DNA from: Minisyncoccota bacterium | GTDB lineage: Bacteria; Patescibacteriota; Minisyncoccia; Phycocordibacterales; UBA9973 | NCBI GenBank assembly: GCA_041659785.1 | Contig: JBAZXO010000003.1 | Span: forward strand, 1,099-65,098 | Length of the DNA: 64,000 bases | Direction of reading: 5' to 3' | Part shown: one piece after another, positions 59,624-64,000 of the stretch | Layout: each line of letters begins with the position of its first letter | Position numbering within the stretch: position 1 is the first letter of the stretch | Translations under genes and position numbers: made by a program | Notes under the pieces: model-generated | Databases searched by the model: none | What the model was told of the DNA's origin: nothing | What the model saw: the letters and a program-made list of their open reading frames with translations, nothing else

Positions 59624-59650
59624 GAGTCCAATATAACAATATTTTTTAGT

Positions 59651-59866
59651 CTAAGCTAATTTTTTGAGTTCCGTCTCGTATTTCTTCATTATTTCCATAG
59701 ACGCAGTCATCTGATCCATTCCTCCTTTTGTCTTTTCTTGAATCTCCAAAGCAATCTTTTGAAAAAGTTCAGGATTTTTCTCCATCATCGTAATAAACAT
59801 ATCTATCTGCGCTTCAGGCACTCCTTGAGTGCGAAGCATTTTTTTAAGTAAAAAGTTTTTAAACAT
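59651..59866 (-). CDS. small hypothetical helical protein
   Basis: 71-aa ORF. No family recognised. Confidence 0.3.
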   Translation of the reverse strand: MFKNFLLKKMLRTQGVPEAQIDMFITMMEKNPELFQKIALEIQEKTKGGMDQMTASMEIMKKYETELKKLA

Positions 59867-59950
59867 CTAATATATGTACTATAAAAGTTACCAAGTTGCA
59901 ATAGCGGTGGTTTGCATTTTGAGCTCTAATGTGTAATAATCACCTTATCT

Positions 59951-60193
59951 ATGAATTTAGTAACCAAATTTCTGCCATACGCGCAGATTATCCTTTCAGT
60001 AATACTAGTAACAGCGGTTCTATTACAGCAGTCGGCTGCTGGCTTAGGAGGTGCTTTAGGTGGAGGAGATACAGAATCTTTTCATCATACTCGTCGAGGC
60101 TTTGAGAAGTTTCTCTTCTATTTATCCATGGTTTGTGGAATTCTTTTTGCTTTATTCGCTTTACTTAGTATAATACTAAAAGCAAATAGCTAG
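59951..60193 (+). CDS. secG: preprotein translocase subunit SecG
   Basis: Two TM helices flanking the Gly-rich AAGLGGALGGGDTESF loop. 80 aa. Confidence 0.65.
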   Translation: MNLVTKFLPYAQIILSVILVTAVLLQQSAAGLGGALGGGDTESFHHTRRGFEKFLFYLSMVCGILFALFALLSIILKANS

Positions 60194-60213
60194 TTTTATT
60201 TTGTTTCATATCT

Positions 60214-61968
60214 ATGCAAAATTTATACAGTCGCATCCGCAATTTTAAATTGCCTAAAAAAGACGAAATTAATTCAATTTTTAGCACTTTCTCAAAAAAA
60301 GAAAGAATTATTTTTATTGTTTTATTATTGACGTTATTAATAAGTACATTATCGATACTTGAAAGTATAAACAAGTCACTAATGGTCAAGATACCACTTC
60401 ATGGTGGCTCTTTATCTGAAGGGATCATCGGTGCCCCTCGTTTCATAAATCCAATTCTAGCAAATTCTCCTGCTGACCTTGACCTTGTTTCTCTTGTTTA
60501 CTCAGGTCTAATGAGGAAAAATCCTGACGGCACACTGTCTCCAGACTTAGCGGAAAAATACGAAATATCTAAAGATGGTTTAACTTATACATTTGTGCTA
60601 AAAGATAAAATATATTTCCAAAATGGAAATCCTGTAACTGTGAACGATATTCTTTTTACAATAAATAAAATAAAAGATCCTATCATAAAAAGTTTAGGAA
60701 AAATAGAATGGGATGGAGTAACTGCAACAAAAGTAAATGATAAAACTATAGAATTTTCTTTGAAAAAACCCTATCCATCATTTTTAGAAAACGCAACACT
60801 TGGAATAATGCCAGCGTCTTTGTGGAATAACTCTGCAATAGAATTAAACAATGCAAACACTTCCCCCATTGGCTCTGGACCTTATATGATAAAAGATGTT
60901 TCCAAGGAATCATCTGGAGTCATAAATTCTTATGATTTAGTATCTTTTAAAAAATTCATATTAGGTGAACCATATATAAAAGATATAAGTTTACATTTTT
61001 ATTCAAATGAGGATGATCTTGTTCGAGCACTAGAAGATGGAGTTGTGGATCAGATAAGTTCCATCACCCCCCTAAATGCAGACATTTTAAAAGAAAGAAA
61101 TTTTCAAATAACGAATTCTGTATTGCCTAGAGTATTCGGACTTTTCTTTAATCAAAACAAAAACCGTCTTTTTACTGATAAAGTCATAACAAAAGCTATC
61201 GATCAAGCCATAGATAAAGACAAGATAGTCCGTGAGGTTCTTTTTGGTTATGGAATAGCTATAGACGAGCCAATACCACCAAACATGATTGCCTATCAAA
61301 AATTAGCAGGAGAAAATACTTCTTCCCGTGAAGACATTTTACAAAATGTACAAAATAATCTAGCTAAAGACGGATGGTCAAGGGGTCCTGATGGGTTCTT
61401 GCAAAAAACCATAATTGGGAAAAATAAAAAGAAAACTGTTACCACATTAGAATTTTCAATATCTACTGGTAATGCAGGCGAACTCGCAAAAACTGCCGAA
61501 ATAATAAAACAAGATTTAGCTAAAGTCGGAATAAAAGTTGATATAAAAACTTTCGAGGTTGGTAATCTAAATCAAAGTGTAATTCGTCCACGTGATTATG
61601 ATGCTTTACTCTTCGGACAAATCATAAACCACGAATCTGACCTTTTTGCTTTTTGGCACTCAACACAAAGAAAAGATCCAGGTCTTAATGTGGCTGTATA
61701 TACCAATGCAAAAGTAGATAAAATTTTAGAAGATGCATCTGTCACCGTCGATGAACAAGCTAGAATTAAAAAATACGCACAATTCGAGGGTGAAATAAAA
61801 AAAGACATGCCTGCAGTTTTTCTTTATAGTCCTAATTTTATATATGTAGTTTCAAAAAACTTAAAAGGTCTCTCGATTGACCATATCTCGTCATCAACAG
61901 ATCGTCTTTCAAACATATATTCATGGTACACCGAAACAGAAAACGTTTGGAAAATATTTTCTAAATAA
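60214..61968 (+). CDS. ABC transporter substrate-binding protein, family 5 (peptide/nickel type), membrane-anchored
   Basis: N-terminal TM anchor, then SBP_bac_5-like architecture (PDGTLSPDLAEKYEISKDG...GPYMIKD...LLFGQ). 584 aa. Confidence 0.7.
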   Translation: MQNLYSRIRNFKLPKKDEINSIFSTFSKKERIIFIVLLLTLLISTLSILESINKSLMVKIPLHGGSLSEGIIGAPRFINPILANSPADLDLVSLVYSGLMRKNPDGTLSPDLAEKYEISKDGLTYTFVLKDKIYFQNGNPVTVNDILFTINKIKDPIIKSLGKIEWDGVTATKVNDKTIEFSLKKPYPSFLENATLGIMPASLWNNSAIELNNANTSPIGSGPYMIKDVSKESSGVINSYDLVSFKKFILGEPYIKDISLHFYSNEDDLVRALEDGVVDQISSITPLNADILKERNFQITNSVLPRVFGLFFNQNKNRLFTDKVITKAIDQAIDKDKIVREVLFGYGIAIDEPIPPNMIAYQKLAGENTSSREDILQNVQNNLAKDGWSRGPDGFLQKTIIGKNKKKTVTTLEFSISTGNAGELAKTAEIIKQDLAKVGIKVDIKTFEVGNLNQSVIRPRDYDALLFGQIINHESDLFAFWHSTQRKDPGLNVAVYTNAKVDKILEDASVTVDEQARIKKYAQFEGEIKKDMPAVFLYSPNFIYVVSKNLKGLSIDHISSSTDRLSNIYSWYTETENVWKIFSK

Positions 61969-62037
61969 ATCGTCTCGAGGGCGATTTGCCGAAGAGACAG
62001 AAAACTAATATTATTAAAACACTAAAATTAAAAAATA

Positions 62038-64000
62038 ATGAAAAAAACAAGACTATCTTTTTCTTCACTCAAGATTGAGGATAAAAAAGAAAACAAAACA
62101 GAACAACACCCAGACGCTCCTCGTCTGGATCCCAGACGAGGAGCGTCTGGAGAACACAAAAAGGAGGGCGGACATAGAACTCCAGATAAAAAAAGAATGA
62201 CCAAAAGCTCTACTTACCAGTACACCCAAAAAAGATTTGGCAAAAGTTCTAATTCTCGACCTTTTGGAGAAAAAAGCCAGTACAAGATTATGAGTAGTAA
62301 AATCCCCCCTCCAGAACCTGGAGTAATTCGTGTTATCCCACTTGGTGGAGTAGAAGAAATAGGCAAAAATATGACCGCAATAGAAATCGACGATGACATT
62401 ATCGTGATAGATGCTGGTATGCATTTTTCTACTGAAGCAACCCCCGGAGTTGATTATATTATTCCAAATACAACATACCTAGAAGAACGAAAAGACAAAA
62501 TTCGTGCACTACTTATTACACACGGACACTTAGACCATATCGGTGGTGTACCCCTAGTACTCTCACGTATTGGAAATCCTCCCGTATATTCTAGAAATTT
62601 GTCTATCTTAATGATGAAGAAGAGACAAGCAGAATTCCCTCACCTGCCAGCAATGAAAGAAAATGTTGTTGAAAAAGATTCTGTTATTATGTGTGGAAAA
62701 ATAAAAATTAGATTCTTTGGTGTTACTCACACTATCCCAGATTCGATGGGTATAATAATAGAAACAGAACATGGATGGATAGTTACTCCAGGAGACTACA
62801 AACTCGACCAAATAGATGGAGTCGTTTCAAAAGAAGAAGAGAAAGAATATTCAATTTTTGACAAAGCAAAAGTCCTTTTAATGATGACAGATTCTACAAA
62901 CATTGAAAATGAAGGATTTTCTCTTTCAGAAACAAAAGTACATCAAGGGCTAGAGAATTTAATAAAAAAGGTAAATGGCCGAATAATTATTGCTGCTTTC
63001 TCTTCTCATATCACCAGATTGGCACACGTTGTTAAAACAGCTGAAGCTTTGGGTAAAAAGATAGCTACAGATGGACGCTCAATGAAAACAAACATCGAAG
63101 TAGCAATCGAAGCAGGCTTCTTCCAACCTAAAAAAGGCACGATTATTCCGCTTGAAGAAGTAAATAATTATCCGCCAAACAAAATTATTATTTTGATGAC
63201 AGGCGCTCAGGGTGAAGAATTTGCAGCATTAAACCGTGCAGCCAATAAATCAAATGCCAAGTTCTCTCTTCAAAAAGGAGACACTGTAATATTATCTGCT
63301 TCTGTTATTCCAGGAAACGAACTCCAGGTTCAGAAAATGAAAGATAGTCTCACAAGGCAAGGTGTACGCATCATAAGTTACCGCACGCCAGGTGAAGATT
63401 TTGTTCACGCAACGGGCCACGGCAATCAAGAAGATATAAAATGGCTTCATAGAAAAACCCATCCGAAATTCTTCATACCAATCCACGGACATCACTCATT
63501 CCTCGTTAAACACAAAGAATTAGCTGTGGAGCTCGGAATGCCAGAAGAAAATGTGATTGTGCCAGACAACGGTTCAATTATTGAAATCTCTGCTGATGGA
63601 CAAAAAATGGTACTACGAAAAGAGAAGGCTCCTAGTGCAGCCATGATGGTAGATGGTGCTTCTATTTCAGATACTCAAGACGTAGTTATCCGAGATAGAG
63701 TCATGCTTGCCCAGGATGGAATGTTTGTCATTATTGCACTTCTTGATCAAAAAACCGGAAAATTAAAAAAATCACCTGACCTTATTTCTCGTGGCTTCGT
63801 TTACTTGAAAGAAAACCAGGAACTCCTTCGCCAAGTAAGAATAATGATTAAAAAATCAATAGAAGATGCAGCTGCTAAGATTCCCATGAGAAATACTGGG
63901 GAAACAAATCCTTCAGACTTTGACCACATCAAGGTAACTTTAGGTGAAAATATCTCAAAATTCTTGTATCAAAAAACTGGTAAGAGGCCTTTGGTTATTC
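62038..64000 (+). CDS. rnj: ribonuclease J (partial, runs off window end)
   Basis: Open frame with no stop to 64000, absent from the ORF track because unterminated. IRVIPLGGVEEIGKNMTAIEIDDDIIVIDAGMHF and LLITHGHLDHIGG (HxHxDH) metallo-beta-lactamase/beta-CASP motifs. Alternative starts at 62194 or 62290. Confidence 0.85.
   Translation, partial: MKKTRLSFSSLKIEDKKENKTEQHPDAPRLDPRRGASGEHKKEGGHRTPDKKRMTKSSTYQYTQKRFGKSSNSRPFGEKSQYKIMSSKIPPPEPGVIRVIPLGGVEEIGKNMTAIEIDDDIIVIDAGMHFSTEATPGVDYIIPNTTYLEERKDKIRALLITHGHLDHIGGVPLVLSRIGNPPVYSRNLSILMMKKRQAEFPHLPAMKENVVEKDSVIMCGKIKIRFFGVTHTIPDSMGIIIETEHGWIVTPGDYKLDQIDGVVSKEEEKEYSIFDKAKVLLMMTDSTNIENEGFSLSETKVHQGLENLIKKVNGRIIIAAFSSHITRLAHVVKTAEALGKKIATDGRSMKTNIEVAIEAGFFQPKKGTIIPLEEVNNYPPNKIIILMTGAQGEEFAALNRAANKSNAKFSLQKGDTVILSASVIPGNELQVQKMKDSLTRQGVRIISYRTPGEDFVHATGHGNQEDIKWLHRKTHPKFFIPIHGHHSFLVKHKELAVELGMPEENVIVPDNGSIIEISADGQKMVLRKEKAPSAAMMVDGASISDTQDVVIRDRVMLAQDGMFVIIALLDQKTGKLKKSPDLISRGFVYLKENQELLRQVRIMIKKSIEDAAAKIPMRNTGETNPSDFDHIKVTLGENISKFLYQKTGKRPLVI

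Noticed and set aside
62065-63495. Minus-strand ORFs 62065-62424, 62214-62399, 62608-62811, 63292-63495
   Set aside because: They are antisense to the unterminated but clearly real RNase J reading frame on the plus strand.

Overview
The window is visibly AT-rich bacterial DNA with local GC-rich patches. Nearly all genes from 192 to 59866 lie on the minus strand. Gene content suggests a small-genome, possibly CPR/Patescibacteria-like organism, but that is a low-confidence inference. Recognisable core genes: leuS, glmS, murJ, ychF, secG, an RlmI-like rRNA methyltransferase, partial RNase J, a MacAB-like ABC efflux trio, and a csoR-copA copper/thiol-redox cluster. Accessory content: (1) a giant 2484-aa surface protein with collagen-like GPA repeats, tail-fibre-like beta-helix repeats, a phage-type S74 intramolecular-chaperone domain and a Pro/Thr tail. 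(2) A two-component system next to a cohesin-like membrane-anchored protein and a 1248-aa dockerin-bearing surface protein. (3) A roughly 17-kb island that starts with a large serine recombinase whose 3' end overlaps ychF. It carries hypothetical genes, an SppA-like peptidase, and a tightly packed five-gene RM-like defence operon: a Z1-like P-loop NTPase, an SF2 helicase interrupted by one in-frame TGA, an N6 MTase, a C5 MTase and a DUF3883 nuclease-like protein. This operon is the most likely novel system. Also unusual: three tandem small paralog genes with duplicated 5'UTRs in a GC-elevated patch, a cluster of GC-rich hairpin repeats downstream of the giant gene, and a recurring GC-rich palindromic mini-motif sitting in-frame inside several core genes. 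In LeuRS it appears to add about 7 residues. There is a perfect 21-bp CsoR-type operator palindrome upstream of csoR. No CRISPR array, rRNA or convincing tRNA was seen.
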